A stretch of DNA of 64,000 nt from an uncultured Pseudomonadota bacterium (GTDB lineage: Bacteria; Vulcanimicrobiota; Vulcanimicrobiia; Eremiobacterales; Eremiobacteraceae). Made by a program: the position numbers and the translations under genes. Positions 46,300 through 57,220 of this stretch are shown piece by piece (the stretch's first letter is position 1; each line of letters opens with the position of its first letter). The notes under the pieces were generated by a model. That model was not told the DNA's origin. It worked only from the letters and a program-made list of their open reading frames with translations, and searched no databases. The stretch is from contig CAVTNB010000001.1 in assembly GCA_963736005.1 (NCBI GenBank), positions 224,001 to 288,000 of the forward strand, given 5' to 3'.

Positions 46300-47388
46300 A
46301 TGGTTACGATGCGCATTCGGAACTGCTTAATTGTTGCGTTCCTGCTTTTGAGCGCGGGGACTTTGTATATGGGCGTAAACATCGCCCCCGCCGGCGGGGC
46401 GCAGCAAACTAACACGGCGTCCGTCGCGATTACGGATGATCGCGTCGCACCGACGACGGTGACGATCGTGGTCGGCGGTCAGGTAACGTGGAGGAATAAC
46501 GGCACAAGTGCCCACGCGGTGATTGCAAAGAACAACGCTTTTGTGGGTTTTACACTCCAACCGACGGGGACCCGCAGCGTGTACTTCGCAAAGGCCGGGC
46601 TCTTCCCGTATCTTGTTGATGGACGGATGGCCGCGGTTGTGATAGTCGAGTTCGCCGCTGGTGGAGCAGGAGGCAGCGGTGGAACGAGCACGGCGAAGCC
46701 TTCATCGCAGTACGCTCGCTACGAGGTCGACATCTCTGTCACCATCCACGAGCACGAAGCTGGCCCAGTACCTCCCGCCCGATACCCACAAGAGGCCTGG
46801 GATGCGACCATTGAATGGACTGGCAATTGGGCGAACGTGTCCTTCCCGATTGCTCCTGACGCCGTGGGTGTGCGCCCCCGCCCGAGCGGCGTGTTTACGG
46901 GCACCATCCAGGCGTCAGATAAAGTCACGTTTTTCTATTTGGCGGATCCGAGAGAAAGTTCGGTGCAATGCAGGGGTGACATCTCGCGGGAGCCGGAGGC
47001 AGCGCGGTTGGTCTTCTCAGGCCGCTACCTCGGCGCATCAGGAGAGATGGATTTCACAAGTATCCCAGTCGATGGAGGGAAGTCGTTTTGGAGCAAGCTC
47101 AACTCCATCAAGGCGAGCTGTTCGGAGCCTTCAATCTTTCTTCCGTACCCAAATGGCTTCGACTTCACTACGCCCGATGGCATTGAGTTCTCAGTCATCC
47201 CCGCCTCAGCTCTGAACCTCCAGTTTAAGGCGACCTCGACAACAAAGATACCCTTCCCGCTCGACCATTTGATCGCGGGCCAATCGTTCGGCATAGAGAC
47301 GGGAACACAAACGAGGACCACGTCGGGAGGAGGCACCACTCGCACCGCGGATGAGGCGGTGTCCGTGCGCTTCAAAGCGCGCCCATGA
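46300..47388 (+). CDS. Secreted cupredoxin-like N-domain plus unknown C-domain
   Basis: P...TI..G..VTW.N....H...F.KAG.FPY; Gly linker. Confidence 0.65.
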   Translation: MVTMRIRNCLIVAFLLLSAGTLYMGVNIAPAGGAQQTNTASVAITDDRVAPTTVTIVVGGQVTWRNNGTSAHAVIAKNNAFVGFTLQPTGTRSVYFAKAGLFPYLVDGRMAAVVIVEFAAGGAGGSGGTSTAKPSSQYARYEVDISVTIHEHEAGPVPPARYPQEAWDATIEWTGNWANVSFPIAPDAVGVRPRPSGVFTGTIQASDKVTFFYLADPRESSVQCRGDISREPEAARLVFSGRYLGASGEMDFTSIPVDGGKSFWSKLNSIKASCSEPSIFLPYPNGFDFTTPDGIEFSVIPASALNLQFKATSTTKIPFPLDHLIAGQSFGIETGTQTRTTSGGGTTRTADEAVSVRFKARP

Positions 47389-47424
47389 GAGCGTCCCATT
47401 GGAATCGAGACGCCTTAGCAAATC

Positions 47425-47784
47425 CTATTCCTCGAGCGGCGGCTCTAGCGGTTTGTCCAGCAGTGGGTTCTTGCTCAGTGAAAGCATCAGCCCTTGAGCC
47501 ATACGTTTGAGCTGCAGGGCCTGAATCGCTTTGAGTTGTGCCTGCGCCTTTAAGTCTAGATGCAATGCCGAAATGAGGGCCTGCTTCTCATCCCATTTTG
47601 TCGCCCTATGCGCCCTCATCTGTAGTCGCTGCTTTTTGCGGCAATACTGACACCAAAGGTAAGTGGTTGACTTACGCCGTCCGCAGTTGCTGCAGTGCCC
47701 TTTCTTAGCCCAAACCTCGCGTTTGGTTGGCTTGTGATGGCAATTGATGCAGCGTTCAAAACGGATTCCAAGAGACTGAGACAT
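47425..47784 (-). CDS. Basic protein with three CxxC motifs
   Basis: CINC, CSNC, CQYC; K/R-rich. Confidence 0.4.
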   Translation of the reverse strand: MSQSLGIRFERCINCHHKPTKREVWAKKGHCSNCGRRKSTTYLWCQYCRKKQRLQMRAHRATKWDEKQALISALHLDLKAQAQLKAIQALQLKRMAQGLMLSLSKNPLLDKPLEPPLEE

Positions 47785-48190
47785 GGCATCAGTGTAGCAC
47801 GGCATTGCGACATGGATAGGCGGCTGGGGTTTAATCCCCGCGTGTGCGCGTCTTACTTTCCTAGCGATTTTTTGTGGTACGCCTCTAGCGCGATTTTAAC
47901 AAGGACAACAGGCCTTCTTGTTGCCCACTAGGCGCTGAAAGTCTGGTTTTCGGTATTGATGGTGGCCCTCGGGTTGCTAAACCCCAATAGCTTCGTTCGC
48001 TCAAGTGTTCGCTGGGTTTTATCTCTACGTCCAAGAAGCTTCTAATCTGCCCGCGCGGGCAGCTTCGCCCTTTTCTACCTCGCATTTTACTCCGCCAAGT
48101 TATTCTCAAGCGAACTGAACTGGCTTTTGGGCCAGCCCTCCACGGCTTCAAAGATCGAACTTATTAGCCGTCTCGGTGCGGAGGTTGATT

Positions 48191-49564
48191 ATGATTAGCA
48201 AGCCCAATTTTAGTTATGGCCCGCAAGGTCGCCAAAAAGTCTTGGCGTGTCTCATCCTCATGTTGTCCATCTTGATGATACAGCCATCGCTCGGACAAAC
48301 ATACAGCCCTCTGCACACAACTACTATTTTTGTTCCCTCGCGGGCGAGAGTGCAAGGGTTCGGTCCGCCCTTTTACCTTTACCGTATCCTTCATAATTTC
48401 ACCGGTGGTCCAGACGGAGCTGAACCAACAGCTGGCTTAGCTCGTGACACCTCGGGCAATCTCTACGGCACTACCACCGGCGGTGGCACAACTGCTGGCA
48501 TATGCTCCTCATTTGGGAGTGGATGCGGTGTTGTGTTCAAGCTTAGTCCAACCGGCCATGAGACAGTGCTACACACCTTCACCGGAGGTGCAGATGGAGG
48601 GACGCCACTTCTTGACGGTGCGCTGATCCTCGACCAGCTGGGCAACCTTTATGGCACAGCTAGTGCAGGCGGATCATTCCAATGCACTGGCGCCTGCGTT
48701 TGCCCCGGTGCCGGCGGATGTGGCGTGGTCTTCAAGGTTGGCTCAGATGGTCAGGAAACGGTGCTACACACCTTCACTGGAAATGCTGAGGGTTACCAAC
48801 CGCTAGCAGGTTTAGTTCGTGATGCGCACGGCGTCTTTTATGGCACAAGTTTTACGGCATCAGACACGCTATTGGTGTTTAGGATGACGCCTTCAGGTAA
48901 TGTTCATGTGATTCAGAATAGCTTTCCCAATTGCGCCGCGCCGAGCCAGGAGGAAGCAAGCGGTGATAGTAGGGTGACTCTGGATTCAATGGGCAGTCTC
49001 TACGGCGTAGAGGAGTGTGGCGGCGGAGCATTTGGTCAAGGGGCAATATTTAAATTGTCACAGTCAGGTAGCTATAGATACCTTTACAACTTTCTAAGTT
49101 GTTGTGCTGACCCAGGTGGTTATTTTCACAACACACCGTTGGTTCGAGACGTCTTCGGCAACATCTACGGCACTACCCAAACTGGTGGCTCTTTCGGCGT
49201 GGGAACCGTGTTCAAGGTCGACCCGCTGGGCAAGGAGACGGTGCTGCACACATTTACGGGGGGGATAGATGGTGGGAGCAGCAGCGGTTTGATTCAAGAC
49301 AGCAGTTTGCTTCTAGACACACGTGGCAATTTGTACGGTAGCACTCCTGGCGGCGGCAGTTTCGGCAACGGGGTGGTGTTCAAGCTGAGCCCAACCGGCG
49401 AGGAGACGGTGCTTCACGCCTTCACTGGACGCGACGGGTCAGCCCCTATTGGCTCTTTTACAGCCGATTTGTCGGGCAACATTTATGGCACGGCCGCGGG
49501 CGGCGGTGCTTTCGGTCATGGCGTGGTGTTCGAGTTGTCACCTGTCTTTGTGCCGCATCCATGA
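48191..49564 (+). CDS. Secreted tandem-repeat beta-propeller-like protein (GloVer/TIGR03803-type repeat)
   Basis: About 6 repeats of GNLYGTT..GG....G.VFKL...G.ETVLH.F.G..DG. Confidence 0.8.
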   Translation: MISKPNFSYGPQGRQKVLACLILMLSILMIQPSLGQTYSPLHTTTIFVPSRARVQGFGPPFYLYRILHNFTGGPDGAEPTAGLARDTSGNLYGTTTGGGTTAGICSSFGSGCGVVFKLSPTGHETVLHTFTGGADGGTPLLDGALILDQLGNLYGTASAGGSFQCTGACVCPGAGGCGVVFKVGSDGQETVLHTFTGNAEGYQPLAGLVRDAHGVFYGTSFTASDTLLVFRMTPSGNVHVIQNSFPNCAAPSQEEASGDSRVTLDSMGSLYGVEECGGGAFGQGAIFKLSQSGSYRYLYNFLSCCADPGGYFHNTPLVRDVFGNIYGTTQTGGSFGVGTVFKVDPLGKETVLHTFTGGIDGGSSSGLIQDSSLLLDTRGNLYGSTPGGGSFGNGVVFKLSPTGEETVLHAFTGRDGSAPIGSFTADLSGNIYGTAAGGGAFGHGVVFELSPVFVPHP

Positions 49565-50102
49565 GTTGTTCGGTATTCGGGAAGGCAGCATAGTCGCAGA
49601 CCAGGCGTCGAAGAAGCGCTCAAGCAATTAGTCGCCTATTCTCACGATCTCATCCCGCTATGGATCGAACTGTATTATTCTGTGCCCTCGCAGCCCCGGC
49701 CCCAGCGCATCCATTTCCCCGACTTAGATCCGTGCTCGCTCGCGCGGCAGCAAATCATTTCGCACCGGAAGGACCTAGCTTCAGGCTTTGTGCCTTTGTC
49801 TGGCGGACGACGCAAGCCTTGGGCCGCACTTGCCCCGGCCCCTGCGCGGCCAGTTCGCTGACTGATCTATGCTGGGTCTTGCGATGAGCCGAGCAGCACC
49901 ACCGAGCATTTGGTTGACAAAGGGTTGATTCGCAGCAATCGGCCGTGTCCGCCTCGGCCCCCAACGTAGCCATTTTCCTGACCTGAGCCCTTTAGGCGCA
50001 AATTACGAAAATTTTTGAATTTTATAACATAAGCGATGGCGAACCCGAGTTACCCAGAGCAGGTATTAAGACTGCTCCAACCCCACATTTGCGGAGGTCG
50101 CC

Positions 50103-50702
50103 ATGTCGCTTGAATTAGCGAACACCCTTGGAACCTTGATCACCGTAGCCATAGTCGCTGCAACTGCAATCGCCGCCATGGTACAGCTGCGACACCTGCG
50201 GGCTGGTAATCAGATCAACGCCATGCTGAGCATCGGCGAAGAGCTTAGCTCTCAACCGTTACGCGATGCCGAATACTTAATTCGTCACAAGCTTGACGCC
50301 GCGATGCGTGATCCACAATATCGAGATTATGAAATCGCATACTTGCGCAACCAAGGTCCATTAAAGGCCAACCCCGATTTCTTGGAACTGCATCGAGCGC
50401 GGAGACTGTTCGGGAATGCCTGGGAAGAACTCGGGATCCTTGTCAAGTGTGGCATCGTGGACAAGGCAATCTTTCTCGACCGTTATTCGTGGGTGATACT
50501 CAGGGCCTGGAAGCAAATGGAGAACGTGACGGCACTGGTGCGAGACGCCTCCGGCGACAATTCGCTTTGGGAGAACTTCGAGTATTTGGCCGTGCTTTCG
50601 GAGGACTGGCAGAAGGAAAATCCCAGCTCGTATCCATCTGGCGTCCGACGGATGCAACTCACGAACCCGTGGCCCGTGCCGCTGATGCCAGCAAGAGCGT
50701 AG
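50103..50702 (+). CDS. DUF4760-like membrane-anchored protein
   Basis: GGAGG RBS; N-terminal TM + QLRHLR; N.WEELG.LVK.G; WENFEYLA. Confidence 0.65.
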   Translation: MSLELANTLGTLITVAIVAATAIAAMVQLRHLRAGNQINAMLSIGEELSSQPLRDAEYLIRHKLDAAMRDPQYRDYEIAYLRNQGPLKANPDFLELHRARRLFGNAWEELGILVKCGIVDKAIFLDRYSWVILRAWKQMENVTALVRDASGDNSLWENFEYLAVLSEDWQKENPSSYPSGVRRMQLTNPWPVPLMPARA

Positions 50703-50921
50703 GGGAGATACTTGTTTCTGTAATCTCACAACCTGTCTCGCACTCAAAGTAGTGCAATCGCCAGGGCTCCAAGCGTCAGCGGCAAAGGTCGTTGACGAGG
50801 CATGGCGGACCCTTGTCGAAGTCGATCTTAGAGACGAAGTGACGACAATCTAGCTTACATCGACGATCAAATAAGAATGGAGAACCATAAAACATTACAG
50901 AATAAGGGTTTCAGCAATTGA

Positions 50922-50994
50922 TGGGGCGTCGCCAAGTTGGTAAGGCACCAGACTTTGGATCTGGCATGCGTAGGTTCGAGTCCTACCGCCCCAG
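50922..50994 (+). tRNA. tRNA-Gln(TTG), CCA not encoded
   Basis: Acceptor tggggcg/cgcccca; anticodon arm ccaga-ctTTGga-tctgg; T-loop ggttcgagtcc. Confidence 0.95.
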
Positions 50995-51083
50995 CGTGAC
51001 GCGAGCCGCCGAAGGTCCGCTGCCCTAATGAACCGAGGCCGCTAATAAAACGTATCATCGTCATTGGGTAGAGGGGAGCGCCT

Positions 51084-51662
51084 TTGACCGCAGTGCGTAC
51101 CGACGAGCAAGTTCTCACTGCTTTGGCGCAGCGCGACCTTTCGGCGCTTGAAGAGCTCTACGATCGCTACAGCAAGATCGCGTATTCTCTGGCGTATAGG
51201 ATCGTGGGCGACCGAGGCACGGCGGAGGACGTGGTGCAGGATGCGTTCCTCTCTGTGTGGCGCCAAGCGGCCAGCTATCGGCGAGAACGCGGTGCCCCGC
51301 GAACGTGGCTTTTGTCCATTGTCCACCACCGTTCTATCGATCGGCTGCGCAGCAGCGCTGCGCCGTCGATGACGATTCCCTATGACGACCTTCCCGAAGA
51401 TCGGGAGGAGGCTGAAACTCCCAGTATCTGGCAGCAGGCGTGGAATAACGTGCGCGGCGATATTGTACGACACGCGCTAGCGCGGCTACCCGTGGAACAA
51501 AAAAAGAGTATCGAGCTTGCATATTTTTCGGGCTACACGCAATCGGAGATTGCGGAGCTCATGGGCGTGCCGCTTGGGACGGTGAAAGGTCGGATGCGCA
51601 TCGGTTTGCAGAAACTGCGCGCAATGCTCGCTTCGCAAGAGATTGGAGCTTCAAGTTCATGA
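51084..51662 (+). CDS. ECF sigma factor (SigK-like)
   Basis: AEDVVQDAFL..W, TQSEIA...GVPLGTVK.R. Confidence 0.92.
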   Translation: MTAVRTDEQVLTALAQRDLSALEELYDRYSKIAYSLAYRIVGDRGTAEDVVQDAFLSVWRQAASYRRERGAPRTWLLSIVHHRSIDRLRSSAAPSMTIPYDDLPEDREEAETPSIWQQAWNNVRGDIVRHALARLPVEQKKSIELAYFSGYTQSEIAELMGVPLGTVKGRMRIGLQKLRAMLASQEIGASSS

Positions 51663-52507
51663 GTAACGACGTGCACGTCAGCGAGAGTGCGGGTGCGTAC
51701 GTTCTTGGCGCACTGGCCCCTGAAGAGGCGCAGCAAGTGGAGGCGCATGCCGCCTCATGTTCGCAATGCCGTAAGGAGATCGCGGAACTCAAGCAGGTCG
51801 TCTCTGTCCTTCCGCTTGCTGCTTCGTCGGTGGAGCCCTCAACCGATCTCAAAGCACGCATCCTCGCCGCGAGCAAAGGAGAAGACCAAGCGGACGCAAT
51901 TCTTCGTCGAACGGTGGTGACGTCGGTACAGCATGAGCCAAAGAGAGATTTCTGGCACCGGCCGATCCCTTCATGGGCCGGGGTCGCAGGCTGGTTGGGA
52001 TTGGCGGCCGCGTGCGTGGTGGCAGGTATCTTCATTGGAGTAACGGGCGAACACAATAGGATGCTCGCTTTTGTGGCACGCTCGTCATCGTCCGTTTACC
52101 CCGCCGCGGACAACGCCAGCCGATCGATCGCTACCTCCTATACGGTGTACCCCGTCAGCACCGAACAGCTGTCGCAGGCCGTCGAAATCATCAACGAATC
52201 AAAAGTGTGGGATTTCAGTTTGAGCAAAACGGGCAAGCGGATGCCCTACAAAGTCATTCAACCACCGCACGTCTCTCACGCCATGATCGTCACGGACATG
52301 CCACCGCTAAAAGCGGGCATGGTGTATCAGGTCTGGCTCGTTCGCAAGGGTAAGATGCACAGGGGCGGTATCGTTATGCCCGGCCACGGCGTGCAAACGA
52401 TTATTCCTATGCGCGTGCAGAGCGGTGACGTGATCGCGTTTAGCATGGAACCAAGTGGTGGAAGCGCGCTGCCGTCCGGGCCGCTCATGATGCAGCAAAC
52501 CTTGTGA
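51659..52507 (+). CDS. Anti-sigma factor (RskA-like, ZAS HxxxCxxC)
   Basis: AYVLGAL, HAASCSQC, TM, YQVWL, EP.GGS..P. Confidence 0.85.
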   Translation: MSNDVHVSESAGAYVLGALAPEEAQQVEAHAASCSQCRKEIAELKQVVSVLPLAASSVEPSTDLKARILAASKGEDQADAILRRTVVTSVQHEPKRDFWHRPIPSWAGVAGWLGLAAACVVAGIFIGVTGEHNRMLAFVARSSSSVYPAADNASRSIATSYTVYPVSTEQLSQAVEIINESKVWDFSLSKTGKRMPYKVIQPPHVSHAMIVTDMPPLKAGMVYQVWLVRKGKMHRGGIVMPGHGVQTIIPMRVQSGDVIAFSMEPSGGSALPSGPLMMQQTL

Positions 52508-52512
52508 CAAAA

Positions 52513-52598
52513 ATGGGCGATTTTCTAGTGGACGCCCCCTACGCGCGCGAATAAATTCGCGCGACTACATCCCAATGCGCGATAAATTCGCGTACTAC
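52513..52598 (-). repeat. Cluster of three tandem GTAG-REPs (one family B, two family C)
   Basis: CTAC ends at 52542, 52568 and 52598, each preceded by gggcg..cgccc or cgcgaataaattcgcg-like palindromes. Confidence 0.75.
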
Positions 52599-53752
52599 AC
52601 GATGATATCGGTGGTGCGGTCGCCGATCGGCACGTACTTCACGTTACGCGGACCGACGTAATTCTCGCCCGGACGGATAAGCTTATTGTTTGCGTACTGC
52701 TCGATGAGGTGGGCGCACCAGCCTGCAATCCGGCTCATGGCAAACACAGGGGTAAAGTACGGGGGCGGGATTCCCAGGGTGTAGTAGACCGAAGCGCTGT
52801 ACAGATCGACGTTGGCATACAGTTTCTTTTGTTCCCAAACCGTGCGCTCCATGAGCTCGGTCATGTCGACCCACTTGGTCGCGCCGGCGCGCTGACCAGC
52901 TTCTTTGGCGATTTTCTTGAGATCGATGGCGCGCGGGTCGTTCGTCTTGTAAACCGCGTGACCGAAGCCCATGATCTTCTCGTGTTTGGCGAGCTTTTGG
53001 GCGACCCAAGAATCCATTTTCGAGGGGTCGCCAATCTCGATGAGATTGGCGATCACGCCTTCGTTGGCGCCGCCATGGAGCGGGCCTTTGAGGGTGGCGA
53101 CCGCGGACGTTACTGCGGCGTACATGTCAGCCAGCGTCGCAGCGGTGACGATCGCGGCGAAGGTCGACGCATTCATGCCATGGTCGGCGTGAAGCACGAG
53201 GGCCGCGTCGAGCAGGCGGGCCGCTTGAGGGTCTGGCTCCGAGCCGTGAAACATGTAGAGGAAATTTGATGCTGTGCTGAGATCGGGTCGGGGTGCAAGT
53301 GGCTCTTTGCCTTGGCTTAAGCGGTAGAAGGAGGCCAAAATGGTTGGAAAGACCGCCGTCAGTCTTTTGGCCTTTTCGAGGTTTGCCTCGGGCGTCGTCT
53401 CTTTTGCATGCGGATCGAAGAGAGCGATTGCCGAGACGGCCGTGCGGAGGACGTCCATGGGCGTCGCAGTCTTGGGTACCTCTCCAAGAATGTGCACAAC
53501 TGGATCCGGGAGGGCGCGGCGCCGGGCAAGGTCGGCGCGGAATGCTTCGAGGCTCTCGCGGCTGGGGAGCGCCTCAAACCAGAGCAGGTACGCAACCTCT
53601 TCGAAGGTGGAAGCCCGCGCTAGGTCATGGATGTCGATGCCGCGGTAAATGAGCTGCCCGCGCTCGCCATCGACGTACGAGATCCGCGTGTCTCCGACCA
53701 CGACTCCGCGGAGCCCGGCGGCGGCCGGCGGCGGTGTGGCTGCTGTCGTCAT
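52595..53752 (-). CDS. gltA: Citrate synthase
   Basis: GLRGV, HADHGMNAST, GPLHGGANE, GFGH.VYK..DPR, NVD; start at ATG 53752. Confidence 0.93.
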   Translation of the reverse strand: MTTAATPPPAAAGLRGVVVGDTRISYVDGERGQLIYRGIDIHDLARASTFEEVAYLLWFEALPSRESLEAFRADLARRRALPDPVVHILGEVPKTATPMDVLRTAVSAIALFDPHAKETTPEANLEKAKRLTAVFPTILASFYRLSQGKEPLAPRPDLSTASNFLYMFHGSEPDPQAARLLDAALVLHADHGMNASTFAAIVTAATLADMYAAVTSAVATLKGPLHGGANEGVIANLIEIGDPSKMDSWVAQKLAKHEKIMGFGHAVYKTNDPRAIDLKKIAKEAGQRAGATKWVDMTELMERTVWEQKKLYANVDLYSASVYYTLGIPPPYFTPVFAMSRIAGWCAHLIEQYANNKLIRPGENYVGPRNVKYVPIGDRTTDIIV

Positions 53753-53845
53753 TTTGGCGCACCCTCTCTTACTTTGTGACCATTCGCGCATGGGGTAAAG
53801 GTCCACTCCAAACAAGCTCAAAAAGGCCTGCGGGAAAAGTCCTAA

Positions 53846-54793
<948 letters not shown>

Positions 54794-54960
54794 CCCTATC
54801 TGCGGGACAGCAAATGTGGACGGTTGACCCGGAAAGCACCTCAATAATGCTCTGTCACATGCCGTCGTCCGATGCTGTCATATAGCTACGCGAGCGTTGG
54901 GGCATCGTCGGTCTGCGAATGTTGACCGTGTCGGGAATTTGAAGCCCTACTCTTGAGACT

Positions 54961-57114
54961 TTGCTCACCGCTGGGGAGGACCGTCACTTTTTGAAACGCG
55001 CGGCTCGAGAACAAGAACGCGTCCGGCGCCGGTATCAACGGCGCCGCATTAAACTCCCCGTCAGCGTACGAACTGACGATGGCACGACTGCTGAAGGACT
55101 GGCGTCGGATATGAGCGCCGGCGGCATGCGTTTGTCGACGAGCGCGGATTTCTCCATTGGGACGCACGGTGTTGCGCAAGTCGCGACCCCGAGTGGCGAG
55201 CAAGTTCGCGCACCGATAGAAATTGTCTGGCGAGAACCGGGCCCAGAGGGCGCAACCATCTACGGCGTCCATTTCCAGAACCTCGGATCCAGCGAGCGCT
55301 TTTCGCTGTTTGAGGCGATCTACTCGCCATCAAATGGCGAGCAAGTTTTTGCCAAGCCCCTCGACGGCGACATTCGCACTCAAGGGAGCGAACCGCTCAC
55401 CCCCACGCATCACGCGTATTACATGCGGATCATTCGCCGCATCGAGCAAGCGCACAAGTTATCACCTCTTGACACCGACAAGCTGCTGTATGCTCGTCTG
55501 CACGAAGGCCGGCCGCTCAAGGAGGCGATCGTTGAGTTCGGCCTCGCCACAGAAGATGGGCTGGATGATTTTCTGAGTTCCATTTTCGGCGTGCCCTATA
55601 TCGATCTCGCGCGCAACCGACCCGATCCGAACTGCTCCGATACGATCCCAGTCAGCGTCGCCACGACTGGTTATATCGTCCCCGTCAATCTGCTCGATGA
55701 TAAGTTGACGGTCGCCATGGCCGACCCGCTCGACTTGCCGACCCTGGACCTGATCTTGTTGCGCGCGAAGCATCAGGTTGAAATTCGCTTTTCGCTCATC
55801 GAGGACGTTGAGAAAGCAATCGATGAGGTCTATCACGGGACCACCTTGCATTCCGTGGACCGTCTGTTGCAAGGCTTGCCCACGATTGCGGCCGAGGGGC
55901 TCGGGCAAGAGGGTCAAGACGTCGAGGACCTCGAGACGCTTCGCAAGATGTCGGACGCGACGCCAATCGTGTCGTTGGTGGAATCCCTCTTGCGCACCGC
56001 GACCGAGTATCGAGCCAGCGACATCCACTTAGAGCCCTACCACGATACTATACGCGTCCGTTTTCGCATGGACGGCGTCTTGCAAGAAATTCGCAAGCTG
56101 CCGCGGCCGATTTATCCGGCTGTGGTATCGCGCATCAAGATCATGGCGCGTATGGACATCACCATTCGGCACATTCCGCAAGACGGTCGCGCATCGATGC
56201 GCTACCTCAAGCGAGAGACCGACCTCCGCATCGCTTCGATGCCAACGGTCAATGGCGAGAAGATCGTCATCCGGCTGCTTGAGAAAAACCCAGCCTTCAA
56301 AGACCTAACCGCCATCGGGTTTTCGGAAGGGAACTACCAGATTTTCTCGCCCCTGGTGAAGCGGCCATACGGCATGATCCTGTGTTGCGGTCCAACCGGG
56401 AGCGGCAAGTCAACCACGTTGTTCGCGTGCCTTCAAGAAATTAATGATGGGCTTACGAACATCACGACGATCGAAGATCCAGTCGAATATCGCGTGGGCG
56501 GCGTGAACCAAGTGGAAATCAACGTCAAGCGCGGCCTCACGTTTGCCTCGGTGTTGCGCTCGCTGCTGCGGCAAGACCCAGACGTCATCTATGTGGGTGA
56601 AATTCGCGATCGCGAAACCGCCGACTTGGCGGTGCGCGCTGCTTTGACGGGCCACCTGTTGCTCTCGACGCTACACACGAACAGCGCCGTTCAAGCGATC
56701 ACGCGTCTGGTTGACATCGGTGTGGACCCTGCACTCATCGGATCGTCGTTGATTGGCGTCGTCGGCCAGCGGCTGATGCGTCAGATTTGTCCGCGCTGCG
56801 TCTATGAGTACGAAGTAGGAGAAGACGAAGCGCTGTTGCTGCAGGAGCTCCTGCCCTTGGTTGCGCCCTCCACCCTGCGCCGCGGCAAGGGTTGCCGCCA
56901 CTGCCATGACACTGGCTACTATGGCCGGCTGGGCGTGCACGAGGTCATTGGGGTTGATGACGGGCTGCGACGTCTGATCGCGAGAGGCGCCGATTCAAAT
57001 CAACTGCTCGACTACGTGTCGGCGAAGGGTTTCAACGATCTGCGCGACGATGCGCTTCGCCGGTTGACGAACGGCGACACCACGCTGCAAGAGGTCGTGC
57101 GCGTCACGATCTAG
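54961..57114 (+). CDS. pilB: PilB/GspE extension ATPase with N-terminal PilZ domain (start uncertain)
   Basis: RRYQR and DMSAGG PilZ motifs; ASDIH.EP, GPTGSGKST, TIEDPVE, TGHL..STLH, two CxxC Zn motifs. Confidence 0.88.
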   Translation: MLTAGEDRHFLKRAAREQERVRRRYQRRRIKLPVSVRTDDGTTAEGLASDMSAGGMRLSTSADFSIGTHGVAQVATPSGEQVRAPIEIVWREPGPEGATIYGVHFQNLGSSERFSLFEAIYSPSNGEQVFAKPLDGDIRTQGSEPLTPTHHAYYMRIIRRIEQAHKLSPLDTDKLLYARLHEGRPLKEAIVEFGLATEDGLDDFLSSIFGVPYIDLARNRPDPNCSDTIPVSVATTGYIVPVNLLDDKLTVAMADPLDLPTLDLILLRAKHQVEIRFSLIEDVEKAIDEVYHGTTLHSVDRLLQGLPTIAAEGLGQEGQDVEDLETLRKMSDATPIVSLVESLLRTATEYRASDIHLEPYHDTIRVRFRMDGVLQEIRKLPRPIYPAVVSRIKIMARMDITIRHIPQDGRASMRYLKRETDLRIASMPTVNGEKIVIRLLEKNPAFKDLTAIGFSEGNYQIFSPLVKRPYGMILCCGPTGSGKSTTLFACLQEINDGLTNITTIEDPVEYRVGGVNQVEINVKRGLTFASVLRSLLRQDPDVIYVGEIRDRETADLAVRAALTGHLLLSTLHTNSAVQAITRLVDIGVDPALIGSSLIGVVGQRLMRQICPRCVYEYEVGEDEALLLQELLPLVAPSTLRRGKGCRHCHDTGYYGRLGVHEVIGVDDGLRRLIARGADSNQLLDYVSAKGFNDLRDDALRRLTNGDTTLQEVVRVTI

Positions 57115-57140
57115 CGCCTTCCCGCCGCTGTGTTTCAGCC

Positions 57141-57168
57141 GTAGTGGGCGACTGTAAAGTCGCCCATT
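57141..57168 (+). repeat. GTAG-REP family B
   Basis: gtagtgggcgactgtaaagtcgcccatt. Confidence 0.75.
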
Positions 57169-57220
57169 CGTTTTCCTTGAAGCGCATGATTTCGGTTGGG
57201 TCTTCCAAAACTGAGCGCTC

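Noticed and set aside
50755..50830. glmS-ribozyme-like words (cgccagggct...gttgacgagg)
   Set aside because: The match is partial, there is no convincing P1 stem and the next feature is a tRNA.
50922..50994. tRNA as an att site with a direct repeat
   Set aside because: No duplicated tRNA segment was found by eye, and the accessory DNA lies 5' of the gene.
52513..52598. CRISPR array
   Set aside because: The units are non-identical palindromes with almost no spacers, and no cas genes are present; they fit REPs.
56893..56907. CxxCH heme-binding motif in PilB (CRHCH)
   Set aside because: It is part of the cytoplasmic tetracysteine Zn site of PilB/GspE ATPases.
57115..57220. SAM riboswitch before metY
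   Set aside because: The spacer is short and mostly occupied by a REP; no SAM-I consensus is visible.
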